64,000 nt of DNA from assembly GCF_009914755.1 (NCBI RefSeq), contig NC_060928.1; one strand, given 5' to 3'. The translations under genes and the position numbers were made by a program. Below the pieces are notes generated by a model. That model was not told the origin of the DNA. It was given only the letters and a program-made list of their open reading frames with translations, and did not search any database. This DNA comes from the human T2T-CHM13v2.0 reference genome, Homo sapiens. Positions 32,411 to 54,191 of the stretch are shown here, one piece after another. The first letter of the stretch is position 1; every line of letters begins with the position of its first letter.

Positions 32411-32619
32411 GAATGTTTAAAATTTCCATCACAATTTGTAGTTTTATGTGAATTAGTTCACTAAATCTTTGCTTAAGAGCGTGGAGAAGATACAAAAATG
32501 AAGGTTCTTCTTCTCCAAATTACAGGTTCTCAGAATGTGTGGACAAAGGCAACCAAAATAAAATAAAATAGGTAGAAAAAGGCAACCAAAATAAAATCAA
32601 ATAAAGAATATATATATTT

Positions 32620-33712
<1,093 letters not shown>

Positions 33713-33717
33713 TTTAG

Positions 33718-33911
33718 GTAGCAAGAGTAGAACATCAGAATTTACATTAGTCTGAGAGATTCTAGATCTACACCCACAGAATTCACAGAGAATTATGATG
33801 GTCCTGGGGCCTTTGGACAAGGCATTTATAGTAACATACCTTAACGTTGACAAAATGAGACAAAACCCAGAACCTTCACTTTAACACTGAAAGGAGAATC
33901 TCTAGGGAGAG
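33718..33911 (+). pseudogene. TNF-like relic, probable linker exon (one frameshift)
   Basis: ttttag| GSKSRTSEFTLV*EILDLHPQNS / ...RTFTLTLKGESLGR; perfect donor GAG|gtgagt, phase 1 matching exon 34993. Confidence 0.5.
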
Positions 33912-34284
33912 GTGAGTAACTAAACCCACTTGCTTTTATCAATTTTACTTTAAATTTGGGGTCCCCTTGCAGTTTTTTTTTTTTTTTACTGTTGCCACTA
34001 ACAGGCTAGGACCTTACTTTCCTCATTTTGTAAATGGAGGTATTAATTATACCTATGTCATAGGGTTATAAAACTTTGAATGAGTTAATAAATGTAAAAC
34101 ACTTAGAACCAGTTCTGGTACACAGTAAACACTCAGTACATTTCAGCTAATATTATTAGCACTGTATCTTAGTACCTAACCATAACCATCTCATTCAGTA
34201 ACATAACTGGTCTTAACTCAAATAGTAGCTAATTCCACTTACCTGTCATCGCTCATAGGCAGTCATTTACATGGGCAAAGATAA

Positions 34285-34654
<370 letters not shown>

Positions 34655-34992
34655 TAATTCATTTTCATTGTGTTTTCTGAAAAGATTCTTTATCTGGAAT
34701 AGGGGCTGACTTAATGAGAACTTTAGTACTTGGCTGCCTGAGAAGTGTAACTCAGACTTACCCATCACACTGCACTTAGGAAACTCCATCCTGTCATTCT
34801 GTAATGTGGCAAGAATTCAAAAAGTTCTTCATGTGCCACTTGGAGAACAAAGAGAAATGTAAGCTGTGTGTTCAGCAGTTAATAAGCAAAGAAGAATAGT
34901 GTGTTGTCAGAGAGATAAAAGGTCCATTTTGTTTTAGGGACCATTAATCATTTAGCTTTGTTCTAATATTTGTCGTTGATATCAATTTTTAG

Positions 34993-35058
34993 AGAAAGTG
35001 CAGGATTCTAGAAAGAGGGTAACAGCCTCGATCCACTTTGAGGGCAGTTACAAGGGAG
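34993..35058 (+). pseudogene. TNF-like relic, unit 3 strand-A exon (still open)
   Basis: ttttag| 66 nt phase 1-1 KVQDSRKRVTASIHFEGSYKG; donor GAG|gtaatg. Confidence 0.7.
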
Positions 35059-35391
35059 GTAATGTGGCGTGAGTACTTTTCTACTCTCTGAGGACTTCCA
35101 TCCTTCTTTGACACTCAGCTGCTCTCCTCTCCTTTCTTCTCCCTACTCTACAATCTGACCCCTTACCATTCTATCATAGACTCCAAGCACTGATGCTACC
35201 CTCTAGTTGTCCAGGACTTAGCATGACATATCCCATTCCTTGACCATTGCTTACCTTCCCACCACTATTTCTTCACCCATCAACCACCTACATTGAGGAG
35301 AACTTTTCTGTCACATTTTCTCTCCTCAAAGCCCTAACAGGTGACTGCTGCTCACCAGACTAGTTAGCGAAAGGAGTGAATGGCCAATACC

Positions 35392-35729
<338 letters not shown>

Positions 35730-36493
35730 TAGATAAGCTTGCAAAAATGTATTTGCTTATTAACAGGGTATCTGGGAGTGGCAATGCCTTAATTAAAGGA
35801 CCAGTTTCTCCAATAATAGAATTAGGGACATTTTGACATCCCAGATGGAAAGCGATTTTCTTTCTTTTCTGTATTATATGATCATCAAATTTAATTTTAT
35901 TACATCAATATTATTACAACCAACTTGAACATGTATTACTCTGGCCAGGTTTTTTGTTTTTATTAGTTTTTTAAAAATTAATTTTTATTGATTTTGAATT
36001 CACATACCCTAAAATACCCTAAATTTTTAACCAAATCTTGAATTTGGTCAAAATTCAGTGATTTTTTGGTATATTTACAAAGTTGTGCAACTATCACCAC
36101 TAATTCCAAAATCTTTTCATAGTCCCAAATAGGCAGCTATTTTTAGAAAAAAAAATTTCAAATATTTATGTCTTAAAACTTACGCTGTAAGATTGTGCCT
36201 AGTTATGAAAAATAGGTCAAAATGTCCTTTAGAAGTTTTAGAACTCTTTTGGGTAAGAGGAGTATCCAAGGTAATCACAAAACAACATCTTCCTGCAATT
36301 AAATTGATTATATTTACTAATTGAATTGATCAGGTTTATGATTAAAGTGATTATATATATAAGTAATAGTAAATGGTTTGCAAATATTTTGGTCTGTCTG
36401 CTAAAGAAAAGAGAACAGATGGGATAATGGCAGTAAGGGAGAAAATATGTCCTTTCTTCAACAGTTTGAAATAGTTAAGTTATTTATTTTCAG

Positions 36494-36545
36494 GTAGCAT
36501 GATAGAAAAAGGGATTTGAATGTTTTATTTCAAATTCTCTTGGCT
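36494..36545 (+). pseudogene. TNF-like relic, unit 3 Trp exon
   Basis: ttattttcag| phase 1-2 GSMIEKGI*MFYFKFSW; donor CT|gtaagc. Confidence 0.6.
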
Positions 36546-36583
36546 GTAAGCAGTAGAAATGAACCCTGGCCCGCACTGCACTA

Positions 36584-36585
<2 letters not shown>

Positions 36586-36627
<42 letters not shown>
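36586..36627. repeat. (GA)n microsatellite
   Basis: About 21 pure GA units. Confidence 0.95.
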
Positions 36628-36631
<4 letters not shown>

Positions 36632-36761
36632 GGGGTGCATGCCTCTAACAGACTGGAACGAGAGCCTACAGCATTGTCAGGCAAGAACTGTTCTTGTAAG
36701 CAAGGAAATGGTTCTGAACCATTTCTCTCCACTTGCTGACCAATTTTCTCTGTTTCCCAAG

Positions 36762-37150
36762 GCACATGGCAGAAAAGTTGACTGTCGAAACTTCCTAAAT
36801 TTTTACTAGCTTACAGTTTCAGCCACCTAGTGACAGCATTTCCCATTTCCCAAGGATTGGGACTGATCCATTTGGAGACAGTTGTCTATAGTAGGACCAA
36901 TCCATTGCTGATTCTTTTTAGATAGACTTTTTAGATAGGGTAAGAGTGGGAAAGAGTTCCCAGAGAAAGAGAGATTTGGGTAATCAAATAGATTTTCACT
37001 ACAGTCACCTTTGATCTTTGTGGTCTTATTCATGTAAATAATATTGTTACTGTTTGAAATTCCTACAGTTTGCTGCTCTAACCACCGCTAGCCAGGAAAA
37101 AAAAAAAAAAAGAAAGAAAGGTACCGGCTACCTTGTTTAGAAATTAACTC
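36762..37150 (+). pseudogene. TNF-like relic, unit 3 main exon (3' end uncertain)
   Basis: tctctgtttcccaag| phase 2: HMAEKLTVETS*IF / LAYS...HLETVVYSRTNPLLILFR*...IWVIK*IFTTVTFDL...ATLF. Confidence 0.6.
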
Positions 37151-37545
37151 CCATCTACACTTCTCATATCCAATATTTTCTTTCAAACTGGAAGAAAGCA
37201 GTGGAGCTTAATCACATGTGGTAGAAAAAATATATAATATATAGTCTATTCAAACTAGCCTTTGGATGAACTGTGATGAAAACTAACTAGGAAATAGCAA
37301 TCGGGAGAAGATAACAAAAGCTCTGTTACTGACAGTCTCAGATATCCACTAGAGTTTTCCATCCCGGCATTTAAATAATGAAGAGCCATTGGGAGTTGAA
37401 GCCAAATGCCTCCATTACCCAGCCATAAGGTTACAAGAAAACAGAACAAAGCTATCTCTTGCAGAAAGCATTATTTCTGGGGTTATAGCAACGGTACTTA
37501 AAAATAGGCTTCCGTGTTTCTCATATTTTACCTTAAGAAGTGTTA

Positions 37546-39226
<1,681 letters not shown>

Positions 39227-39419
39227 GTTTCTTTTCTTAAAATTTCTATTTTATTTTATTTTTTGCACCTAACATGGTGCCATGCACATAGTAAATAGTT
39301 ACTAGGTGTTTCTTCAATTAAATTTAGTCTTCTTTCTGTAACAGTTGTCAATCTATAATTTTACTACCTTGCAGGGTTACTCTTCTCTATGGCCATCCCA
39401 ATAGCCTTATCAACCGCCT

Positions 39420-41502
39420 TTCCTTTTTTATTAACTTTTATTTTAAGTTCATGGGCGAATGTGCAGGTTTGTTCCATAGGTAAACTTTTGTCATGGGGGT
39501 TTGCTATACAAATTACTCCATCACTCAGGTATTAAGCCTAGTACCCATTAATTATTTTTCCAGATTCTCTCCCTCCTCCCACCCTACACCTTCTGATAGG
39601 CCACAGTGAGTGTTATTCCCCTCTATGTATCCATGTGTTCTCATCATTTAGCTCCCACTTATAAGTGATAGCATGCAGTATTTGGTTTTCTGTTCCTGTG
39701 TTAGTTTGCTAAGGATAATGGCCTCCAGCTCCATCCATGTCCCTACAAAGGACATGATCTCATTCTTTTTTATGGCTGCATAGTATTCTGTGGTGTATAT
39801 GTACCATATTCTCTTTATGCAGTCTATCATTGATGAACATTTAGGTTGATTCTGTGTCTTTGCTATTGTGCATACTGCTGCAATGAACATACACATGCAT
39901 GTGTCTTTATAATAGGATGATTTATATTCCTGTGGGTATATACCCAGTAATGGGACTGCTGGGTTGAATGGTATTTCAGTCTTTAGGTCTTTGAGGAATT
40001 GCCACACTGTCTTCCACAAAGGCTGAACTAATTTATGCTCCCACCAACAGTGTAAAAGCATTCTTTTTCCTCCACAACCTTGCCGGCATCTGTTATTTTT
40101 TGACTTTTTAATAATAGCCATTCTGACTGGCATGAGATGGTATCTCATTGTGGTTTTAATTTGCATTTCTCTAATGATCAGTAATGTTGAGCATTTTTTT
40201 CCTATGTTTGTTGGCCACATGTATGTCTTCTTTTGAAAAGTGTCTGTTCATGTCCTTTGCTCACTTTTTAATGGGGTTGTTTTATTCTTGTAAAATTGTT
40301 TAAGTTCCTTATAGACGCTGGATATTAGACCTTTGTCAGATGCATAGTTTGCAAAAATTTTCTCCCATTTTGTAGGTTGTCTGTTTACTCTGTTGATAGT
40401 TTCTTTTACTGTACAGCAACTCTTTAGTTAATTTGATCCCATTTGTCAGTTTTTACTTTTATTGCAATTGCCTTTGGTGTCTTCATCACGAAATCTTTGC
40501 TCATGCCTATGCCCCGAATAGTACTGTCTAGGTTGTCTTCCAGAGTTTTAATAGTTTTGGGTTTAACATTTAATTCTTTAATCCATCTTGAGTTACAGCA
40601 ACTCTTTAGTTAATTTGATCCCATTTGTCAGTTTTTACTTTGGTTGCAATTGCTTTTGGTGTCTTCATCATGAAATCTTTGCTTGTGCCTATGTCCTGAG
40701 CAGTACTGCGTAGGTTGTCTTCCAGAGTTTTAATAGTTTTGGGTTTAACATTTAATTCTTTAATCCATCTTGAGTTAACTTTTGCATATGGTGTAAGGAA
40801 GGGGTCCAGCTTCTTTTTTTTTTTTAATTATTACTATACTTTAAGTTTTAGGGTACATGTGCACAAGGTGCAGGTTTGTTACATATGTATACATGTGCCA
40901 TGTTGGTGTGCTGCACCCATTAACTCGTCATTTAACGTTAGGTATATCTCCTAATGCTATCCTTCCCCCCTCCCCCCACCCCACAACAGGCCCCGGTGTG
41001 TGATGTTCAGAAGGGGTCCAGTTTCAATCTTCCACATATGGCTAGCCAGTTATCCCAGCATCATTTATTGAATAGAGAATCCTTTCCCCATTGCTTGTTT
41101 TTGGCAAGTTTGTTGAAGATCAGATAGTCGTAGGTGTGCAGTCTTATTTCTGGGTTCTGCATTCTGTTCCATTGGTGTATGGGTCTGTTTTTGTACCAGT
41201 ACCATGCTGTTTTGATTACTGTAGCCCTATAGTAGTAGTTTGAAGTTAGGTAGCACGATGACTTCACCTTTGATCTTTTTGCTTAGGATTGTCTTGGCTA
41301 TTCAGGCACTTTTTTGGTTTCATATGAATTTAAATTTTTTTTTCTAGATCTGTGAAGAATCTTAATTGTAGTTTAGTAGGAATAGCTTTGAACCCAAATA
41401 TTGCTTTGGGCTGTATAGCCATTTTAATGCTATCGATTTTTTCTATCCATGAGGATGGGTGTTTTTTCATTTGTTTGTGTCATCTTTGATTTCTTTGAGC
41501 AG
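39420..41502 (-). mobile_element. 5'-truncated older primate L1 (ORF2 3' end plus 3'UTR) with an internal 182-bp tandem duplication
   Basis: ORF 39648-40220 is the L1 ORF2 C-terminus ([13 protein letters not shown]...[12 protein letters not shown]). Confidence 0.92.
40814..41009 (-). mobile_element. Short younger L1PA 3' end nested in the older L1
   Basis: L1PA 3'UTR with poly(T); TSD gaaggggtccag(c/t)ttc at 40798-40813 and 41010-41025. Confidence 0.9.
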
Positions 41503-42062
41503 CATCAACCACCTTTTCTTCCCAGCAACTTGGCATTTATCTTTACATCTTCACTAATATTACACTTTCTCATCACCAGTGATTTCCTGAGTATTAAATA
41601 ATTTAAGTCTTTTTTTATGTGTTCTCATCCTTTTTGATCTTTTAGCTACCTTTAATAACATTTTTATCTTTTCACTTTACCTTAGCCTAAGCTCTAACAT
41701 GCTATTATTTTTTCTTTTCCTTCTACTTTTCTCTTCCTCTCTCTTTCTTCTTCACTAAAATTTCTCCTGTTCTTTAATAGTGAGCTGTCTCTTAAACGTG
41801 GTCTTTGGCTCTGATCCCTTTCATAATCACCTTCAGAATGAGTTATTCCAACACCCTGCCTTCCTCCAGTGACCTCTTCATAGTCATAATGAATTTTATA
41901 TATATATATATTTTGAGACATGGTCTCACTCTGTCACCCAGGCTGAGTGCAGTGCTGCAGTCATGGCTCACTGCAGCCACAATCTCCTGGGCTCAAGTGA
42001 TCCTCCTACCTCAGCCTCCCGAGTAGCTGGGAATACAGGCATGCACCACCACACCTGGCTAG

Positions 42063-42496
<434 letters not shown>

Positions 42497-42560
42497 TGAG
42501 CCACCGCGCCCGGCATAATAAGTAGTTTTAAGTATAGGATTGCCTCCACTGAATAAGAAG

Positions 42561-42665
42561 GTAGCAAAAGCAAAGAGGATATTTGTTTGATTACAACCTC
42601 TGCTGTGATATCAGAGTTTACCATGGTTCGTGAAACTGTGTTTGTAGACTCGCAGAACTTATTGG
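42561..42665 (+). pseudogene. TNF-like relic, linker / unit 4 first exon (still open)
   Basis: 105 nt phase 1-1 GSKSKEDICLITTSAVISEFTMVRETVFVDSQNLL; weak splice sites; shares GSKS and SEFTxVRE with exon 33718. Confidence 0.45.
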
Positions 42666-43075
42666 GTAGATTAACGATCCCTATTTCACCCTCCTGCTTT
42701 GGCTGATGCTCTGTTTGCTGAAACCTTTGCTCTCTGATTGATCCCTCCTGCCTGGCCAGAGGTTCACTTCTGGCTACATCTGGGTGGACCTGTCCAGATC
42801 TCTTTTCTTACACAAAATCAACTCTCTATTCTCTGTTTTCTCATCTCTTTTAACCCTCTGTTCTCTAATGATCACCTAAATAAATGACTGTTTATAAAGG
42901 TCTAGCACTCATTTCTCAGTTTTCTCCAGATTTGTGCCACCAATTTCTTATGGGCGTCTCGATTATCGACACCTGAAGCTTTACTTATCAGTCATTGGCT
43001 GGGTCATCTCTAGTCACCCTCTCAACATCTCTACCAGTTACTAGCATCACTGTCAATCTGGTGTACCTGATATAA

Positions 43076-43348
<273 letters not shown>

Positions 43349-44104
43349 TGACCTCAAGTGATCCACCCGCCTCTGCCTTCCAAAGTGCTGGGATCACAGG
43401 CATGAGTCACCGCGCCCGGCCTCTTTTGACTCGTTCTTCATTTACAGTTTGAATGGTTTTTCTTTCCTGGGCCTTGAGAATCTTCCTGCGCTTGATGTCT
43501 CCAATCTCATCATTTTTTGATGTATGGCCCCAGACTCCTTGTTTCTAATACACCATTTTTTCTCATATCCTTTTATGCTGAATTCTTCAAATAATTTATC
43601 TTAAACACAGTTTTCATCATGACATTTCCCTTTGCAGAGCTCCATAGTGGCATTTTGTATGCCTAATCATAACAGATAAAAAAACCTTCCAACTACGTTA
43701 AGACTGCTCATTCACTTCCTTTTCTACATGCTTCCCCAAGCTTATTTTCTATCCCAGGTCTTCTGCTCCATGCAAAACTTCCTACTTGCCTTCTCTTGCA
43801 CCAACACACAAAGATTATCCAAGGAAAAATCAAATACCTTAACTCTCTCTGCCTGGGCAATTATTTTGATGAGGAACATATGAGTCAGCAGACATAGATT
43901 TACATCCCAGCTATACCATTCACTTGTGTGACCTTGTTGAAGCAACTTCTTTGAGCTTGGATTCTTCACTTATAAAATAAGATCAGTGGTACCAGGACCA
44001 GGTTTGTTGTTGTGAGAACAGCCTGAGATAATGTGTGAGAAAGTGTTTTATAAACCATTGGGCAATAGGCAAAATTAAGTATGGTCAGTGAAATGGACAG
44101 CTGA

Positions 44105-44308
<204 letters not shown>

Positions 44309-44662
44309 TAGAGATGCCCACCACCACACCCCACTAATTTTTGTATTTTTAGTAGAGATGGGGTTTCACCATTTTGGCCAGGCTGGTCTCGAACTCCTGA
44401 CCTCGTGATCCGCACCCCCGCCCCCCGCCCCAGCCTCCCAAAGTGCTGGGATTACAGGCATAAGCCACCATGCTCGGCCTACAGTTTTTTTTAATAAGAA
44501 AAAAGACAAGACTCTTGAATAAAAAACATCAGACTTGCAGATGTCATTCTGCTTGGTCCTGCCTTTTTCTTAAGAATCTGTTCTCTGCTCAGCGTCTTGG
44601 TTCATCATGACAAGGAATCTTGGCTGCTTAAAAGTTGGCAAGCAAAACTCTTGTCTCTGAAG

Positions 44663-44836
44663 ATATTTAAATCTTTCTTGGCTCTTGATCGTTTCCTCTT
44701 GAGTGTTGAAATGAAACGATGCCTTCCAGCCTCTCTGAAATAGAGCTGGAAGACTCGTGATGCTCTGATTTTGATAAAATAATCTTCATAAATCACAGAT
44801 GTAATGTGCTGTGGTCACAGTTAATGGCTCCTCAAG
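44663..44836 (+). pseudogene. TNF-like relic, unit 4 middle exon
   Basis: ttgtctctgaag| 174 nt phase 1-1: FPLEC*NETMPSSLSEIELEDS*CSDFDKIIFINHRCNVLWSQLMAPQ. Confidence 0.55.
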
Positions 44837-45528
44837 GTCTCTCTCATCTCCTACTTTGGTTTTAAATTCCCATTTTTTAGATTGTTTTTCTACCTCTCTC
44901 TTCCTTTTCTCTCTTAGTTTTAATTAACTGAGGATATTGACCTGATATTTTTTCTCTGTTATTTTCCCAATGCTTGCATTTTTTCTTGTTAGTTCTGACA
45001 GACCATCTGTCAAAATTTTGCTGGTTTCACAGCAGTTCCATGCTATTTTTTTTCTTTCTGTCTTTTTAAAATTACACAAATGATACACAAATAAATTCTC
45101 ATTGCAAATGGTTCAAACAATAGAAAAATTTATAGAGTAACATCGGGGTTTCTGTTCACCCTACTCCCATTCCTAATTCCCTTACCAGCGATAACCACCA
45201 CTGTTACAGTTTGATTCACAACCTTCACTTTGTTTTCTATAAATCTGTATTATGAACATATACATCTTCTATGGATCTATGATGTGTGCTTTTTTTTAAA
45301 AAAAATTAATGTATCTTCTAGAACTTTTTATGTGAAAATACATGTGTCTATCTGAATCTTTTAATGGCTGCATAGTTCTACATACCAATATGCCATCATT
45401 CCTTTATCACTTGCCTATTGTTGGATGTTCTTCAGTGTAGAAAACTGCTCCAGCAAATACCCTTTTGCCTATGTACACTTAAGCATAGATCTGTAGAACA
45501 AATTCCTAGAGGCAAAAATGCTAGGTTA

Positions 45529-45900
<372 letters not shown>

Positions 45901-46334
45901 CTAGGGTCTTTATAGACAAATCTGTGTTTTATCTCTCTGGTAACTGGGCACTTATCATAGACTGCTGTATTGGTGTATAGCCATGGGGTCTTTTAATCCA
46001 TCAAGAATCTGGATAAGTTCCACTAAAACTTTCTGTAGCTATAATTTGCTGAGTTAAAAAAAAATATTGGACTATAAGTCCCTGTAGATGGGCCAAGGTG
46101 TCTGGGAATTGCATGTAATGCTATTAGGTGAATAACTAGCAGTAATTTGAATATGGGAGTATGATATAATTCAATTGAGCTTTCATCTCTTATGAAGTAA
46201 TTCTATGGAGTACAGCAGAGTCAACAAAAATAAAACAATTATTCCAAATAAACTTTCTAGGAATAGAATTATGTAACTATTCCATTTAATAAAGTTTTCT
46301 AATGATTTTGGCTATAATTTAGTTTTATTTTCAG

Positions 46335-46490
46335 ATTAGTTTGCCTGGTTTGGATAATTGGGTTTGTGCAACAAAGAGATAATAGTTCGGTATCCAAGGA
46401 CTTCTAAAATTGGAATTCAGCCCTGAGACAGCCTTAAAATAAATGAATATGCAAACAAATGAGCATATTGTTTGGCACAAGCATAAAAAA
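46335..46490 (+). pseudogene. TNF-like relic, unit 5 middle exon (3' end uncertain)
   Basis: ttttattttcag| phase 1: ...KIGIQP*DSLKINEYANK*AYCL. Confidence 0.45.
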
Positions 46491-47009
46491 AAGAGGAAAA
46501 ATCAACTCAAAAGGAGAAGGCTAGAGAAGCATTGTTAAAAAAACAAGTGAACAAACTTGGAGAACCAATGATTTGCCCATTGGATGTTATTATCTTCTTT
46601 AAGTGTCCATTGATTGATTCTGCTTATCAGGCTGGGTTGGATTTGTGGTTGTGTTTGTGAGGGAGGATGGATTTGCTTATCTTTTCAAGATAGATGGAGT
46701 TTCTGGTAATGCTGATAAGGGGACAGGAAGATCCCCCTGGACTGGCATATGTTGGAGGCAATTTCAGAATACCTGGGTTGAGGATTTTAAAAAATTAGAA
46801 TTCTAGGAATTTTTAGAAGAATTCTAAGTAGTTTTAAGGTATAACACAATAATTAAGACACATGGTTCAGTATGACAGTCTATAACATAGCATGTTAAAT
46901 TAGTGTAAAATAGAAAGTAGAAAAATAACTTCTTTTAATAGAGCAAGACAAAAGGGAGTTAAGAAGAGATAAATTGAAAACATTAATGTGAAATCATTGT
47001 TCTTTTTAG

Positions 47010-47220
47010 GACATTATTGCTGTTACTGCAGTAATGAGTAGTATCTTCTCTGATGTATATGAGATTGCCTCCTTCCAACAGTTGTGTAAAACAATCTCAT
47101 ATACTCCAGTGCTCAATTTGATTTTTTTCTTTTTTCTCCAGTATTGTTCTCAGTTAAAATAAACAAGTGCTTTTCAAAAGATCTGATCCTATGTCTTGGG
47201 GTAGGAAAAATTAAGATGAG
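47010..47220 (+). pseudogene. TNF-like relic, unit 5 C-terminal exon (APRIL/BAFF-like motifs)
   Basis: ttctttttag| phase 1: YLL*CI*DC...NNLIYSSAQFDF / LFSVKI...LGVGKI. Confidence 0.6.
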
Positions 47221-47377
47221 CCTGGAACCTTTATTTTGTTTTCCAGAAAGCAAAAATACTTTCAGAGGCACCTGAGTATTTATTGATTGATTTACTATTG
47301 TTTTTTCCCCTGCCCCATTTGGGAAGCACTTGGGTATTTAAGAAGTAAAGAGGCCACCCTGAAGAGAGGACTCTTAA

Positions 47378-48560
<1,183 letters not shown>

Positions 48561-48639
48561 AGAAAAGTCTCCCTCAGCAACTAAACCACAAATACAACAT
48601 AAGCAGCCAACAGAATACATGGAATCAATAGACACTTAA

Positions 48640-50700
<2,061 letters not shown>

Positions 50701-50845
50701 TAAGGATAATAATATCAGATAAGTAGATTATTGGTTCTGAAAGTTTTATTTTTTAAAAAAAAACACTTCTCTGGTCTTCTTCTCTTAAACTGATTTTCCC
50801 TTCTACTTTTTCCTATATTCTCTTTGCATATTCATCTGCTTTAAG

Positions 50846-50914
50846 GTAGTTTTGATGCTGAATTCCAATTCCCAAGTCCAAGTTTGTACAAGAACCTTGA
50901 CTATCTGTTGATAG
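50846..50914 (+). pseudogene. TNF-like relic, candidate linker exon (still open)
   Basis: Long pyrimidine tract...ttaag| 69 nt phase 1-1 GSFDAEFQFPSPSLYKNLDYLLI; donor G|gtacaa. Confidence 0.4.
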
Positions 50915-52051
50915 GTACAAAGGTCAGGATAACTCAAACCATGCTAAAAGGTCATTGTAATTCATTCCTATTTCCAAAATTGCCCACAAAGTGTTGAGAA
51001 TTGAGTTACCCAAGTTATGTGAGTTTTTTAACCTCTAAGTTAAAACTGCAAATGTACCTTTTTTTTCCAGGGGATAAAGATACACATGAAAAGTGAGAAT
51101 ATACTGTAGAAAGTGGGATGATACTAAATGGATGAACTGAACAGAAAACTGTAGCTAAGATGCTATTAAACAGAAAAATGTACTGGAGAGTGGGAAAGTA
51201 AATTAACTAAAAGATAAGAAAAAAAGTTTAATGTAATATAAATCCCAAGTAGATCCTTTCTTATAAGAAGATAAAATTTAACAATGATGTGAAATAAATG
51301 AATTTAGGAGCTGATGATAGAAAAGAATTAAATAATAAGGGGAAAACTGACATTAAAATATATGAATACAAGTAATATTTTAGACATAAATGTACTTAGA
51401 GGAAAAACAGTGAGAAAAACAAGAATAAAGCCAGCATCACTGCAGAGAAGGAACTCTAGCCCAGGAGTAGCTGCATGCATTTGCCAAACCAGTCTGGAAT
51501 CCCTCTCTTGGAGTTCTGGGTAAGCTGGTCTGGACAGCCTGTTGTGCCAATCACAGAGGGGACCTAATGTGGAGAGGCATAAGAGAAGCCAACAATGCTT
51601 TAGAACAATCAGAGATTAAAAACTGCAGAAAGAGAAGATAATGTTTTATCAAGGATTTGGGGGAATGACCTCCATTCTAGTTTTCCCACCATGGCTGCAT
51701 CTTTGTGAACATGATAATATCAGAAAGACAAAAATGTTCATTTTAAAAGTTTGCTGAATTATATTGTCATTTCCATTCAATTGTTGTTTTGTTTTGCTTT
51801 TTTTTTTTTTGGTAGAGATGGGGTCTTGCCATGTTTCTCAGGCTGTTTTTGAACTCCTGGCCTCAAGCAATCCACCTGCCTTGGCCTCCCAAAGTGCTGG
51901 AATGACAGGCATGAGCCACGACGCCTAGCCCCATCTCCATGCTAGTCAGTGGTCATATGAAAATAGTGGTCTTGCTGCTCCAATATTACAATGATTCTCC
52001 AAACGTTAAGATTCAGTTCAATGTGTTTCAATCTTTTCCGTGTAGTTCTGA

Positions 52052-52312
<261 letters not shown>

Positions 52313-52615
52313 TGATCTGTCTGCCTCGGCCTCACAAAGAGCTAGGATTACATGCGTGAGCCACCATGCCTGGCTTCTGACCACTGTTTTTATATCTATA
52401 AGTAGTATCATACACACATTATTACATGAATATTAACTACCTAGCTACGAGAAAGTGTTGAGCAATTGCTTATCTGGTGAATAAAATGCATATTTGGAAC
52501 CAATTGGTGTAAATTAGTAACCATATTGTAGTTTAGAAAATATATTTTTTCCTCCAAGTTATTTTTAGGGGCTTGATTTACCTGAACAATGCCCTAATCC
52601 CTCCATTCTGACTAG

Positions 52616-52690
52616 ATGATCTGAGACAGATTATTGAAAGCACAGGTGTGGATGAAGCGCTCAGGTTAAGGGTGAACTTTGCTGCAATTG
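52616..52690 (+). pseudogene. TNF-like relic, unit 6 first exon (still open)
   Basis: Branch-like ccctaat, ctgactag| 75 nt phase 1-1 DLRQIIESTGVDEALRLRVNFAAI; donor TTG|gtaaga. Confidence 0.6.
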
Positions 52691-53082
52691 GTAAGATCTG
52701 TTCTCATTTGAAGGCACACAAGCCAAACATAATTGTTTTGATTCACTGGTCTCTGGCTAGATTTCTTGCATAAAAAATAATAACAGAAGGCAATTAAACA
52801 CATGAACAGACTGAGTAAAACTGTAGTGCATTCACCCTAAAAGAGAGCACACCTAAAATGCCATTCTCCTGATTGTGAGATCTCATCACACGTTAAACAG
52901 TTCTTGCAGATGTGTGTCTCGCAGAGAAGATGGTTTAATTTCATAAATAAACCTAAATCATACGAGTATATATAAATTCAACACATTCATGACATTGAAA
53001 CACCTTTTCATTCTTCTCCTAACTAGAATTTTTTTTCTTTGGTATTATTCTGGTTGTTGTTCACTGAGTAAACTCCATAGAG

Positions 53083-54036
<954 letters not shown>

Positions 54037-54191
54037 GTAAAGATCTTAAAACATATATTTTACTTGGATCATTTGCAGAGTAACCATGTGCTTCAATATG
54101 ACTATCAAGATTGAAATAAAATTGGCCTCAAAAAAAGGAGAGTATAATCTATATGTTTATATCTCTCTTTCCACATATTTTCTATTTCCAG

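Noticed and set aside
42670-42870. LHLGGPVQI and GYIWVDLS as THD C-terminal motifs
   Set aside because: They occur in competing frames without splice support; risk of over-fitting
46039-46127. Possible unit 5 strand-A exon ending TAG|gtgaat
   Set aside because: Frame and acceptor are ambiguous
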